Part shown: positions 1-12,499 of the stretch, piece by piece
How the letters are laid out: each line of letters begins with the position of its first letter
How positions within the stretch are numbered: the stretch's first letter is position 1
Assembly (NCBI RefSeq): GCF_018350175.1
Contig: NC_058368.1
Span: 65,412,001-65,476,000 of the forward strand
From: Felis catus
Taxonomy: Eukaryota
Length of the DNA: 64,000 bases
Direction: 5' to 3'
The notes under the pieces: model-generated
Told to the model about the DNA's origin: nothing
Database searches by the model: none
What the model saw: the letters and a program-made list of their open reading frames with translations, nothing else
Translations under genes and position numbers: made by a program

Positions 1-59
1 CCCCTTGAATTCTTTCTGTTTGAAATCGCTTTCTCACCCCCTTAATCCCCGCCTGTCAC

Positions 60-285
60 AAATTATACTCATTTCAAATGCCTGCCTAATGCTCCGTCCT
101 TTGATCTCCCCATAATTTGTTTGTTCCTCTCTTTTGATATTTTACCTCTTATCTCTTGTCCTAGCTATACATCTTCAGGGTTTTATTGCCCCTTCCCTGC
201 CGACTCTTCACATTTTTATGTTAGTGCCAGCCAAGTGCCTAACTAACATGTAGCATGTTGCTGATTAGGAAGGATTTGATGACTT
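60..285 (+). mobile_element. Degraded L2 3' fragment
   Basis: Pyrimidine-rich body ending in an L2-tail-like segment (gtgccagccaagtgcctaac...catgttgctgattaggaagga); highly diverged. Confidence 0.4.
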
Positions 286-1196
286 CAATTGAATTCCTGG
301 TCCTAACTGTAAGCAACAGAAAAAAAAAAAAAAAAAAAAAGATAACACAAAACCCAAAATCATCTCAAGGCAAAGTTCTGAACTAACCCAGCCAAAGGCG
401 AGCTTTTCCAGTTCCCACTCCCACCCTGGAAGGGATCAGGCTGCCATCAAGGCCACTCTAACCTTTAATCTTTGTTGTTCTTTTATGGTCAGAGTGGCCT
501 GGCCCTCTTTGTTTTCTGAGTGGAAAAGAAATCCAAAGAGGGAATGCCCTGCTGAGTGGGCCAACCCCGGGGAGATGCCGCTTGTACGTGCAGCCGGCAA
601 CCATTGGAGACCCCGATGGACTTCTAACGTCCCGGGCCACGTGTGCTCCTGGATGATATTGTTTCCCTTTGAATGCTCCAAAACCTGTCAGGTGTTTTCT
701 TTCTTATCTCCCTGAGGACAGCCAGTTAATCTAAGATTAGCCTGACAGCCCCTATTTTCCAGGTCTCTGGTTTCATCAATAAAGTAGGTCGCATCTTTTT
801 TGAGCTCCATTACCTCCTCCATAACCGTATTCTCTTGATCCATATTGTGGTTTATTCCTTATACAGCCCGCCCAATCCATTTTTGGCTGTGTTCCCACTT
901 CCTATTCCCACTCTTGAATGGGACCATTTAATTCAGTAATTGCTGGGAGTATAAAAGCCTGACAATCTCTGAGCCTTTTGTGTGGGGTTTTCACCTCATT
1001 GCTCTTCTGGTCACCACACTGACTTTGAGCTGAATAAGCTGAGTGACCAAGAGCATCACTCAGAATTACTAATGAATTGCCACCTTTACTTCCTAAGCGT
1101 TAATGATGAATGGATTTATTTGATTTATCACATGAAGACGATTTTCTAGGAATTTGGGAAAAGTTCTAAAGACCCTTACTTGTTTGATACCGGAGG

Positions 1197-1420
1197 CAGT
1201 ATCCTTAAAGGGGAGTATACACACTCTTGTGGGGGATGCATTAGATATCCTATTGTATTTGTTTTGATATCATGCCTTTTTATTCCTATTTTTAAATATG
1301 CATGCTATATTGGCGTAGTAGGACATGCACATAATTTATAAAAATGCATCTGTCAATGTTACGTGCGCAAGATGATTTCACTGATAGGGATGTGTGGGAA
1401 GAATGTTTGGGGACTCTTGG
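1197..1420. mobile_element. Probable non-autonomous hAT-Charlie DNA transposon remnant
   Basis: Ends resemble cagt..ctccaaagtggggtg and ctgatagggtgtgcg..aagtttggagaccactg; AT-rich core. Confidence 0.4.
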
Positions 1421-1429
1421 CTTTCAGAA

Positions 1430-1635
1430 CAACTTCATCTTCTAACTCCTTGCCTTCCCCCTTGCTAGTTGTATGACCCTGGATCAGCTTATTTAGTCTC
1501 TTTGGGTCTTTTGTCCTCGCTTGCTGATTGAAAACAGAACCATCTCTTAGGTTGTTGAAAGGATTCTGTGAGGTTAACGCAAGCGAAGAAGTTAGCAAGT
1601 ACCCGGCGCGGAGTGCTTACTGGTTACTATAGTCA
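1430..1635 (+). mobile_element. MIR SINE
   Basis: ttgctagttgtatgaccctggatcagcttatttagtctctttg core and ggttgttgaaaggattctgtgaggttaa 3' part match the MIR layout. Confidence 0.7.
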
Positions 1636-3232
1636 TTCATAGTTTTTATTGACGTTACTGTTGTTGATTTGTGCGGCACATCTCTTATATTGCCCTACTG
1701 TTCTAGTATTTCACCACTTTCATAACAGCAGAGGAACTGCGTCTACTTTCCATGTCAAATAATAAAAAAAGCATCTTCTGAACAAGTTAAAAAATGTGAA
1801 TGAATGAATAAAAATTAGAATTTTAAAAACTACACACACGTACTTTCCTCCCTTAACATTAATAATATAAATAGGTTTTGTAATATATTTGCATAACTTT
1901 TGTAAGACATGGATGGAGCAAAGTAATTCACTAGAGCTTTAAAAACACTGAATCCACAATACATTCAGTAGGGTCATTTAGTTGGTAACATTAGCTTCTG
2001 ATGATTTTCCTTTGGCATTTTCGAAATTAGACTCTTTCAGATAAAGTTTATTATAAGCCTACCTTTTATTGAATGTTGCCACAGCAGGTATGGTTTTAAA
2101 GTGATGTTCTGGCACAAGATGTCTTAAAGAATAATAAGCTTACTATGCATTTATCTGGTGTGTTTGCTGAGATCTGAGGATGTAAGAGAATTCTTCAGTG
2201 AGGTAAAGAAAAGTTCACCATAGTTTGCAGGACTGGTTCATGTGGAATTTATAAGAATGGACTGACCAGCATGCCCTTTTAAAATTCCGTAGTTAATCTC
2301 TTTATTGAAAGCTGCTGGGCTAGTTGATTAAGAAACCCTTACAGGATGCCTGCTTTTAGTGTCATACAAATGAAGCTGAATTGTTGCTAAGTAAATCGCT
2401 GTAGATCAAAGTGTTTTGTGGTCAGAGTACTGCAGTTATTTTTTATTTATTTTTATTTCGTTTAAGAATGAAGGTGAAGGGTTGAAGAATGAAACACACC
2501 AAATTTGACATCGATGATGTTTATTTACTTTCGCACACTTCTCTAAGCATCTAATCTGAACAACGGGCCAGGTAGCGCAGCAAACCCTAAATGGGCAAAT
2601 GGAAAGCTTAATCAATTAATAATTGGTTCCTATTTATAACTGTCCAGGTCCTTCCTAGCCATTAAGAGATCAGTATGCATGTAGAGGAGGCTTCAGGTGC
2701 TCCCAGGGAAACTGGAGAAGCCAATGTGTTGGCTTGTCCATGGTGTAAAACCCCTACTGCCAGAGTCACGTCAGCGTTAAGTGTACAGGAGACTATTGAG
2801 TGTCACCATGTGATCGGAAAGATGATTTTTTTTGCTTCTGCTGCTCCCCTGAAGGCTACAACATGTATTTTGTAGCTCTTGATTGTCCAGTGCCTGGACA
2901 AGTATAGGAAGAATTTGCGTGGATTAAGTAAGTGAATGCGTGAGCATGTATTTTGCTGACTAGGATGACAACGAGGAAAGAAGCAAGAAAGAGGACTGAA
3001 AGAGTGGAGTGAAAATGGAAATTGAGTCTACCATTAAGAACTTCGAATGGTTTTCAGTTCCATCGTGTGATTTTTACTTGTGAAAAGTTCAGGCAATGCT
3101 GTGTTGCGGTTTGTTTCTATAGTGGGTAGCCTTAAGTCGGTATATTTAGTGATGTGATAAATGCAGCTTTGGGAAGGACTCATGTTTTGCCATGTGTATT
3201 TTAGTACTTTCGGGGACAACTCTAAAAAAATC

Positions 3233-3795
3233 GTTTATTTATTTATTTTTGTATTTTATTTCATTTCATTTTATTCCGCTATAGTTAATAATATACAGCA
3301 TTATATTAGTTTCACATGTACATTATATCCATGCAACACTTCCTTATATCACCTGGTGCTCATCACAAGTGCCCTCATTAATCCCCAGCACTGATTTCAC
3401 CCATCCCCTCTACCCACCTCCCCTCTGGTAACCATCAGTTTGTTCTCTATAGTTAAGGGTCTGTTTCTTGGTTAGTCCCTTTCTTTTTCTTTGATCCCTT
3501 ATTTTGTTTCTTAAACTCTGCATGTGAGTAATACCATATGGTATTTGCCTTTCTCTTACTGCCTTATTTCACTAGCACCATCTGTGTCATTGCAAATGGC
3601 AAGATGCCATTCTTTTTCGTGGTTGAATAATATTTCATTGAATATATTTACCACATCTTATTCGACCATTCATCTGTCAGTGGACACTTGGACTGCTTCC
3701 ATAATTAGCCTATTGTAGATAAGGATACAGTAAACATAGAGGTGTATGTATCCCTTTGAAATAATGGGTTTTTTTTTGTATTTTTTTGGGTAAAA
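3233..3795 (-). mobile_element. Carnivore L1 3' end (ORF2 C-terminus, 3' UTR, A-rich tail)
   Basis: gtgctcatcacaagtgccctc...cccacctcccctctggtaaccatcagtttgttctctatagttaag and cattcatctgtcagtggacacttggactgcttccat are typical antisense L1_Carn sequence. Confidence 0.9.
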
Positions 3796-5484
3796 ACATT
3801 TTATAACACTCATTTGACATACAGTAAGTAATGATCTATCTCAGATACTAAAATCAACAAATATCTACTAAATGTCCCATTCAAGGTTACAGTAAAACCC
3901 AGGTTAAACTTAGAAACTAAATCTATAAATCTGGGTATCATTCTAATGCTTTAGCTAGAAACCTGAAGCTTACCTCCTCATACAGTCAAAATAAGGCTGT
4001 TAATAATCATTGATTCTTCTAGGGCTGACCAGTAACATCGGTCCACTTCTGTAACTCTGTTAATGTTGTCACCATTGTTCACACCTACAATTTATCCATT
4101 AGTTGACTAGTCATAGATTCATGGTAGATTAAAGCTAATTTATTATCCCAATTTTTCCACTAGTGATATGTACAGTGGGTAAAAAGGGACAAAATGACAT
4201 AGTTAGCAAATGTAAGGCATCCGGAAGAGGATTTATAGAAGCATCAAATCAATGAGAGAAGAGTCCACATCAAGTTTTTATGAAAATATGTGTGAACAAA
4301 GTGAATTCTTTACTACCCAACTAAATTTAGGAAATAGCCTTATATTGCATTAGACAAAATAACTGACCTATGTTTGGACTTACTAATGCTGATACAGCCG
4401 GGCCAGGATTCTTTCATCATGCTCAACCCTCTTGAAGTTCTGTGGTGCCATATTGCTTAAGTTTCATCGTCTTTCTTTCAAGATGTTGCAGATGTATTAG
4501 CAAAGACTTTCTAATGCGAATGAATATTTTCACCAGAAATCATGTGGGGAGAGAAAGGATTTTAGCACTTCTTTGATATTACATTGAGCAAAGAAATGCT
4601 TGAGTTGTTCCATCATGAGAGCGTCTAGAGGCAATGCTTACTGAACCTGGGGGTGTCCCAGTGTCCAGTCTGGTGCGCCTCCATACCAGTGCCCATCTGA
4701 ATAAACGTGCTAGGCCTTCGAGGTTTCCTTTGTTCTTCTTTTTCTTTAAATGATGCCCTTGCATTGTATACTGCAGCCTGGAAGCTTTGATCTTTCTTTT
4801 TCAGTTCTGTGATCCTAACTCGAGCCCCCTGTTGCACTTCAGGCTCACTCCAGACAGAGATGATTATATGAAAGTTGTAAATGGTTTGAGGGACTGAGGC
4901 CTGCCAGAAACTTCTCTGGGAAGATGGTAGAGCAGCCTTTCCGGTGCGTTTATAAGCCATACTGAGGTGCACCATGCAAAAGCAAAGTCCCAGGGATAAA
5001 CTAGTGTGGGGAGAGTGCAGGCTTTTCTCTGTGGGATGGGTAGTGCTCTCACCAAGTAGAGGTTCTGAGACACTCCACGGTTGTAAAACCTTTTGACTGT
5101 TTAGCCTAGTCTTTGCACAGGTGTATTGACCATGGAACTGCTTTTTATCTTTTGTAATTTTTTTTTAATATACTGAAATTTGGAGAACTCTCTTCTGGGA
5201 ATGATCCAAAAAAAGAAATTGGAATATGGGCCTAAGACAGTGAACCAAGAGTCCCAGTGGTGTTCTTCAGCTTGTAGGTACTGATTGGCCGATGTGAGCT
5301 GTCTGTGTTTTGTTTTTCTTAGTGGCAAATAAATATAAAATCTCAACATGTAAATTATGGCGATGAACCATTATAAACCAAGTAAAGTTAACTTTTAGAA
5401 TGGAAAAAAAAATTCTTGAATATTTTGTCAAAGAAATGGTGATTTTTTGTGTGTGTGATAGATAAAAGCCCATTATAATTAGGT

Positions 5485-5530
5485 ACTAGTTATATGCTTT
5501 ATTTTCAACACTAGTTATATGCTTTATTTT
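5485..5530. repeat. 21-bp direct duplication with 4-bp spacer
   Basis: actagttatatgctttatttt at 5485-5505 and 5510-5530. Confidence 0.9.
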
Positions 5531-7139
5531 TAATTTACCCTCTCTGATCCTCCTGACATCTTACTTGCTTTATGGATTTGTTCGTAAAGATTTTGTTCAC
5601 AGATGTAGAGTATGAGGTTGGCTGTGACCCCCACCTCTGATTAAAGCGTCAGGCTGTCCAAATCAGCAGCAGTCACATGATTTAGGTGCATTTAGCCCTG
5701 TGGTGCCCAGAAGCAATTTCAGAAACAAAAAAACGCTTCTTCCATTACTGACCAAAACATTTTAGAAAATATTTTGTCTGTTAGTGATATTTCTGATAGA
5801 CTACAAAAAATATAAAGTTAAGCAGATCTTGGTTGGAGAACACATTCTGTCATACTAACTATTTTTTCCTCCAGCAGTAAGGAAAGTACATACAAATTTA
5901 ATGAATAGAAGTTGGAATCACGTTTCTTCTTAGTTTGGTCTTTTATTCTCTCCCTTAGGCTTAATATAAATGAGTAGAGTGACAAATACAGAGGGGAGTT
6001 TTTTCCCCTGTAGAGAACATATAGGTCACTAATGTCAACGTTTTGTGTCTGAAATAACACGCTGCTTGAATATGCTTCCGGGCGGTCACCATCAGACATT
6101 AGCCTCAATTTTGCAGTGACTGAGTTTTTGGTGGAGTGATGTACTGAGATGTGACGTTATATTTGCCCAGTGTGTTATATTCTTGGCACCCACATAATTT
6201 GGGTGTTTATTAGTTCAGAAGAGAAATGAACCAAGTCCTATCTAATATGTATTGATAATTGCTCTCAACTTAAACACTGATTTAACAAGTTCTCTGAATC
6301 TCTTGCCAAAATTTAGAGAGTATGTTGTTGATCTTTGCAGTCTTCCAGAACATACTAGGATTTTTTTTCCCCTCACAAAGTCACTAAATTGTGCCATTGG
6401 CACATATCAAATATGATATGAAGGAGATTTTCAAGAATCCAACCTGTTTTATGTACTAATTAGTTTCAGAAAAGTTGATTTTGCTTTGTGCACAAACTCT
6501 GAAGAGCCTTACTCATTAAATAGATTGGTTCTTTCTCTGTGGGCTACGCTAAATGTTGAATATAAAATTGTGTAATGCCCTAGAAAAAGCATCTAAGATG
6601 ATTATTTTAATATAAATTCTGTGTGTGACTAATTTGCCGGGCAGACTGTTTATATGAACCCATCTGATCTGGAGATATTCCAAAACTTAAAACTTTCAAG
6701 GGAACAGGTTTAGAAAGTTTCAGTTAAACATTTTGCAATATACCAATCTTCTAGGAAGACTTACATTAGTACTGAACGGTGCTTCTTCACTTTGTACAGC
6801 AAAATTAGTATTTTAAATTGCGTGACCTCTCTTTCTCATCTGAGTACTAATGTCCCTTATGTTAGACACCAGCTTTCATTTTTGTCCTTTATACTAATAT
6901 AGCACAAATATTTTTGTGCCAAAGATGAGTTGAACGCAATATAATTCAATCTCTGTGTATAAATAAAATAAAAATATCTGCATGTTTATAAAAATAAATA
7001 CAAACTGTAGAATTCAATACAAAATAAATATTAGTGAAAAAAATTCAGTAGACATTAGGTAAGTATGTAATTTATGTCAAATGTTGGGTTAAGTGCTGAG
7101 ATAAAAGTGGTAATTAGTAGTCTGTTGAAATTTTGTAGG

Positions 7140-7270
7140 TTACAGTGCTTTAGTTTTCCTCTCTTAATTTTAACAACAACTTATTGAAATAGTGTTTATT
7201 CTAATTGACCATTTTACAGATGAGGACATAGGCTGAATTCAGAATTGGAACATAAGAGTATCACATAGTT
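7140..7270 (-). mobile_element. MIR fragment
   Basis: ccattttacagatgaggacataggctg matches the MIR core. Confidence 0.55.
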
Positions 7271-9244
7271 GATTAATTTTGGTTTTAAAAGAAAATCCCC
7301 AAATGTCTTAATAACTATGATGCAATTAATTTAAATTTAAATTTAAATTTCCAACACACACTCTTTAAGGCACATAGTGACTTTCTTGGATATAAAATTG
7401 CAAAGGACCAACCTACAGTATTTTTGAAATCTCGAAGTGGTTCTGGACCTTTAGGGCCTAAGCTTTCATTCCAGTGTATTCCTCATTATGATATACCTGC
7501 ATTGTAAAATATTTTGGGTTAAGACCCAGAAAACCTTAGGTAGAGTGAAATGTATTTATATATTTGAGATGTTTGGGCTTTAAAACGAATGCAAAAGACT
7601 AAAACAAATATTAAGAAGACATTAACACACCTTCATGGCCTTGTCTATCACAGCGACTTTGAATGAACCCATTCATTCAATGGGGTGAGAAGTGCCCCAC
7701 TGATTTTTGAGTTGTGCTTAATGTATTCTCTTTTTGCTTTTCAGATGGAGACACAAAGTCACATACATACATTCACTTATAGGCAAACGTTCACAGAGGC
7801 ATAAATAGATAGCATGTAAATGAAGTCTGGAATGTAGCTGAATCCTAGCCATTTGGATCAGGAACTTCTTTGTTACAAAGTAAATGCCGTCAATAATAAA
7901 CATATATCTTAATGAAATATTTGGTAGCAGCAGAATTGGATATAGAAAGTAGAATGACATTTTCTATAATTAAACAATGTCATTATACCTCAAAAAAAAA
8001 ATCATATACAACTGTGTTAAACTAGTCTGAGAAATAGCAAGTGGCATTCCCAACAGGCAGAATGTCAATTGTATCTTGTTCGTATAATGGTTGCACTTAA
8101 ATTAGTGAATATTATTACAGTCTCAGTGATTAATAGCTCATGTTTTGCTATAAAGTAATATGGAAATAATGTTTATAAGACAATGTTTTGAAACATTTTT
8201 GCTCCCCTGTAAGTGGATGATTACTATAAAAAAGTGATTATTTTAATGTGACTTTGTTAGACGTGTTTTGGTGGTCAACAATAGTTCTTATCTACATTTC
8301 CCTTCCTGTCACAAACGTGTGTGTTCCGTGTTGTTCAGGTGACAATAATTAATTTCCCATTTTATACTTCTGAGCCATTTGACTAAAAGAACATCCATTT
8401 TAAATGAAGACTGCAGAATTATACATTCATCAGAGTTTTGCAGATAAAAAACTGGCATTTACAGTATTCCAAGGGTTATGTTACTTGTGCATGACTACTT
8501 TGTATGTTTCCCAACCTCTGGAAACACCAAGCCACATCGTTACCTCTTTGTCAACTTGGTTTCCAAGTGTGCCTCAAATAATTGTTGTTAGTACTCTGGA
8601 TTTACATTTGCCAAGTTCCTTTTTAAGAACATTAATTGTATATATATACATTTATGCCAAGATTAAGACTAGGTAGACAATATGCAATTTTTTTCTTTAC
8701 TAATATATAACACTTTAACTTAAAAAAAAGTCTCAGTTGATAGTGATAGATACTCGTTTGTAATTCAAAACCTTATTCTTGTTTGACTGTTTCTCAAAGA
8801 GTTTAACATAGAATTACTATATGACTCAGAAATTCCCCTCCTGGACACATACCCGAAAGACCTGAAAATAGATACTCAAACTCATACGGGGACTTCATGT
8901 TCCTAACAGTACAGTTCACAGTAGCCAAAAGGTGGAAACAACCCAAATGTCCATTAGTGGATGAATGGATAAACCAATTGTGGTATATCCATTCAGTGGA
9001 ATATTATTTGGGCATAAAAAATGAAGTACTGATACATGCTAAAATGTAAAATGGTAAACTTTGAAAACTTTGTGCTAAGTGATAGTAGCCAGATGTAAAA
9101 AGTCATATATGAGTCCATTCATATGAAATATCTAGAATGAATATCTTCTGTCCTAGAGACAGAAAGCAGACTGCTGGTGGCCAAGAGGTTATGGGAAAAG
9201 GCCATGAGCAGTAATTACTTAATGGGTCTAAAAAATTACTTAAT

Positions 9245-9277
9245 TTTTTCTTTAATTTTTTTAAATGTATATTCATT

Positions 9278-9313
<36 letters not shown>

Positions 9314-9476
9314 TGAGCAGGGGAAGGGCAGAGAGAGAGGGAGACAGAATTTGAAGCAGGCTCCAGGCTCTGAGCCATCATCACAGAGCCTGATGCGGGG
9401 CTCAAAACCACTAACTGTGAGATCCTGACCTGAGCCGAAGTCAGACGCTTAACTGACTGGGCCACCCATGCTCCCC
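9245..9476 (-). mobile_element. Can-SINE (SINEC_Fc type)
   Basis: T-rich tail, (GA)n tract, tRNA-like head ending gccacccatgctcccc. Confidence 0.95.
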
Positions 9477-9596
9477 AATAGGTGTGTAATTTTCTTTTGA
9501 GGTGATGAAAATAGTTTGAAACTAGAGTGGTGTTTGCACAGCATTGTGAATATGCTAAATTCCCCTGAACTGTTCACTTTAAAATGGTTAATTTCA

Positions 9597-9808
9597 GTGC
9601 ATCTGGGTGACTCAGTCGGTAGGGCGACTGACTTTGGCTCAGGTCATGATCTTGCAGTCTGTGAATTCGAACCCTGCGCAGGGCTCTGTGCCAACAGCTC
9701 AGAACCTGGAGCCTGCTTCAGATTCTGTGTGTCCCTCTCTCTCTGCTCCTACCCTGATAACGCACTGGCTCTCTCTCTCTCTCTCTCTCAAATAAACATT
9801 AAGAACTA
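9597..9808 (+). mobile_element. Can-SINE (SINEC_Fc type)
   Basis: Full body; TSD tttaaaatggtta(a/c)tttc at 9578-9595 and 9809-9826. Confidence 0.95.
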
Positions 9809-9860
9809 TTTAAAATGGTTACTTTCATGTTACATAAATTTCACCTCAAATTATTAAAAA

Positions 9861-10052
9861 TTTTTTTTTCAATGTATGACATTTATTGTCAAAATGGTTT
9901 CCATACAACACCCAGTGCTCATCCCAAAAGGTGCCCTCCTCAATACCCATCACCCACCCTCCCCTCCCTCCCACCCCCCATCAACCCTCAGTTTGTTCTC
10001 AGTTTTTAAGAGTCTCTTAGGCTTTGGCTCTCTCCCACTCTAACCTCTTTTT
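9861..10052 (-). mobile_element. Young felid L1 3' UTR fragment
   Basis: Closely matches the reverse complement of the L1 3' UTR at about 26715-26895 (catacaacacccagtgctcatccca...ggtgccctcctcaatacccatcaccc). Confidence 0.93.
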
Positions 10053-10273
10053 AAAAAAAAATTTTTTTTTAACGTTTATTTATTTTTGAGACAGAGAGAG
10101 ACAGAGCATGAACAGGGGAGGGGCAGAGAGAGAGGGAGACACAGAATCCGAAACAGGCTCCAGGCTCTGAGCTGTCAGCACAGAGCCCGACGCGGGGCTC
10201 GAACTCACGGACCGTGAGATCCTGACCTGAGCCGAAGTCGGACGCTTAACCAACCGAGCCACCCAGGCGCCCC
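10053..10273 (-). mobile_element. Young Can-SINE (SINEC_Fc)
   Basis: Near-consensus body with many intact CpGs; head ggcgcccc ends at 10273. Confidence 0.97.
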
Positions 10274-11721
10274 TCAAATTATTTTTAACGAGAATAGGTG
10301 TATCATTATCCTAATAAAATTTTATTTACAAAATGCTTATTGTTTTTGAAATTGGGCACAACACATTTCAAACATTAATGTTAATGCATCACTGGGGATT
10401 ATTTAAGGTTATTTAGATTTAGTAATTTACTGTTTCTTAAACAAAGTAGTTACCATTTCAAACAATTGAGATATTATTTAGCCTAGTGAATTCTGACAAT
10501 TTACATTTTATCCACTTTTTAGTCTTACTTGAATCCATTGCCTTTCCAGCCTCCATGGGTAGTTTCACAATTAGCACACATTATCTACATACGTTTGTTT
10601 GCTGTTGCACACAGTAACTCTTGGCTTGTAGAGCCAAGTTCTTTCCATGTCCTATCCAATTTATTCCTGAAAGCAGCTTTATGAAGTAATGCTATTTTAC
10701 CTGTTTAATAGTTGAAGAAGCCAAGGTTTGTATTTAACTGATCTGGGACTGATCCCAAAACTTGTTACTTTTTTTTTTCCCCCTAATAAGATTCATCCCA
10801 CAAAAATGAGTTGGTCTCAGTGGACTCACAGTCTCTAACTCCAGCCCCAACAGAGAAGCAAGTGAAAAATTAATTATTCTTTAGGGGGAAAAAGTTACTG
10901 GATTTGCTAAGCATCATGCTGAAATTCATTCGGCGGCATGTTCTGGAGTGTGTGAAAGTCTCATTATATAATTAAAGCATTAAATATACAAGGAAGCTTG
11001 ACAAAAATGACAGAACTATAGTATGTGCCTGTGAATGTCTTCTGAAAGTAATCAGTTTACATCGTAGTTAAGATTATATCCGTTTATTCAATAAATATTT
11101 ACAGAGTGCCCAATATGCTGAGTAACATAAAGTCCTTGCCTTCAGTGAGATCTCACACCTGAGAAGGCACATGACAAATAAATATTTATTAGGCCATTTG
11201 GTTGTAGTGAGTGTTAGGGAGACAACAAGGTAAGATCTGGAAAGTACAGTATATGTTATGTGTGCGTGCCTGGTTTAATATAGGATGGTCAGGGTAGAGC
11301 TTGTTGAGAGAAGATTGGCCAGAGACATGAGAAAAGTAACTGAAAAGATCATGTGGGTATCTGGGGAAAGAACATTCCAGGCATAGGAAACATCATCTTC
11401 ATGTGACTGGAGGAAGGATTGTGCTTGGCATTTTTGAAAATCAGCAAAGGACTGGTTTGTCTGGATTGGAATAAAGGGAGGAGGAGTGGGAGGAAGTGAA
11501 TTCATAGAAGCAAGTGTGTGCCAGATTTGGCAGAGCCTTGAAGACTTGTTAAGGCCTTTGGATTTTATTCTAATCAATATAGCAAGCCTTCAGAGTGTTT
11601 GAGCAGAGGAAGGTCTTTTGATCAGATTTACATCATAAATACAGTTGCTTTGACTGTTGTGAGGAGTCCACTAGGGGACTGGGGGTGGTGATGAAGTAAG
11701 GAAGACAGGAATATCTTGTAG

Positions 11722-11958
11722 CCCTTGCTTCTTTTCCCGAGTGTGTTCTCTGCACTGGCATCACCTGGGACCGTCTTAGAAATGCAGACTCTTGGGGCGC
11801 CTGACTCTTGATCTCTGGTCTTAATCTGAGTCGTGGGTTCAGGCCCTATGTTGGGCGTGGAACCTACTTAAAAAAAAAAAGAAGGCAGACTCCCACACCC
11901 CACCCCCGCTTACTGCAGTGTCCCCAGGTGGTTTGTGTAAAAGTTTGCAAAGAACTGA
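11722..11958. mobile_element. MER5A (hAT-Charlie) split by a SINE
   Basis: ggcatcacctgggaccgtcttagaaatgcagactc...ccccaggtggtttgtgtaaaagtttgcaaagaactg. Confidence 0.8.
11794..11880 (+). mobile_element. Short old-type Can-SINE with no CT tract and an internal deletion
   Basis: ggggcgcctg joined directly to actcttgatctc; ends cctacttaaaaaaaaaaa; imperfect TSD agaaatgcagactc / agaaggcagactc. Confidence 0.85.
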
Positions 11959-12499
11959 TTTAGATGAGAAGTGGGGTTGGCTTGGGATAGAGAAGTTTAG
12001 GCAAGGATGTTAGCAAATAAATGGTGGGATACTAGGTGTAACTTTTCCTTTTTTTTCCTTTTTTTGGATATAACTGTCAGTCATGATCTGTTGAGATATT
12101 GTATATGGGCGTGAAACAAAAGAAGGATGAATGGGGTGCCTTTTACTGCAAAAAGAAAACCAGAGAGCGGCAGATTTCTCGAAGCCTCTGGAAATCTAGA
12201 ATCTGGTTTGAGGTGCCTTTACACATCCAAGGGAGGAATCTGGAGATAGGGGCTAGAACTTTAAACTTGGGAGTGGTTAGCATGAGAAGGTGTGGAAAAC
12301 CATGGGACGAGATGAGATCACCCAGACAATGAACAGCTAGGGGAGAGTGAGTCCGAGGACTCAGGTCTGAAACCCTCCAACACTGGAGGAGGAGGAACAT
12401 GCAAAAAGGACAACTAATTGTGAGTCCCAGGGGAAGCTGTAGGGTAATAATTTGGAACATGTGGTGGCCTGATGTCACTTGCCACCAAGAGTAGACAAC

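Larger units (their letters stand above)
8780..9855 (+). mobile_element. Old L1M (L1MB-like) 3' end, interrupted by SINEs
   Basis: acagtagccaaaaggtggaaacaacccaaatgtccattagtggatgaatggataaac (ORF2 end); gaggtgatgaaaatagtttgaaactag...cactttaaaatggtt (3' UTR). Confidence 0.9.
11082..12420 (-). mobile_element. L2 (L2a-like), interrupted by MER5A and a SINE
   Basis: ttcaataaatatttacagagtgcc tail; ggtatctggggaaagaacattccaggcataggaaac; ttggattttattctaa; ttgggagtggttagcatgagaag...gagatgagatcacccag. Confidence 0.85.

Noticed and set aside
7659..7680. Short inverted repeats (ttgaatgaa/ttcattcaa; also near 5990 and 41252)
   Set aside because: 8-9 bp AT-rich stems are expected by chance; no miRNA-length hairpin
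9103..10277. ORFs with AQSVKRLTSAQV / SLEPASDSVSPSLS motifs, recurring at 15809, 17638, 23874, 38299, 38899 and 56879
   Set aside because: They are translations of Can-SINE copies, not a gene family
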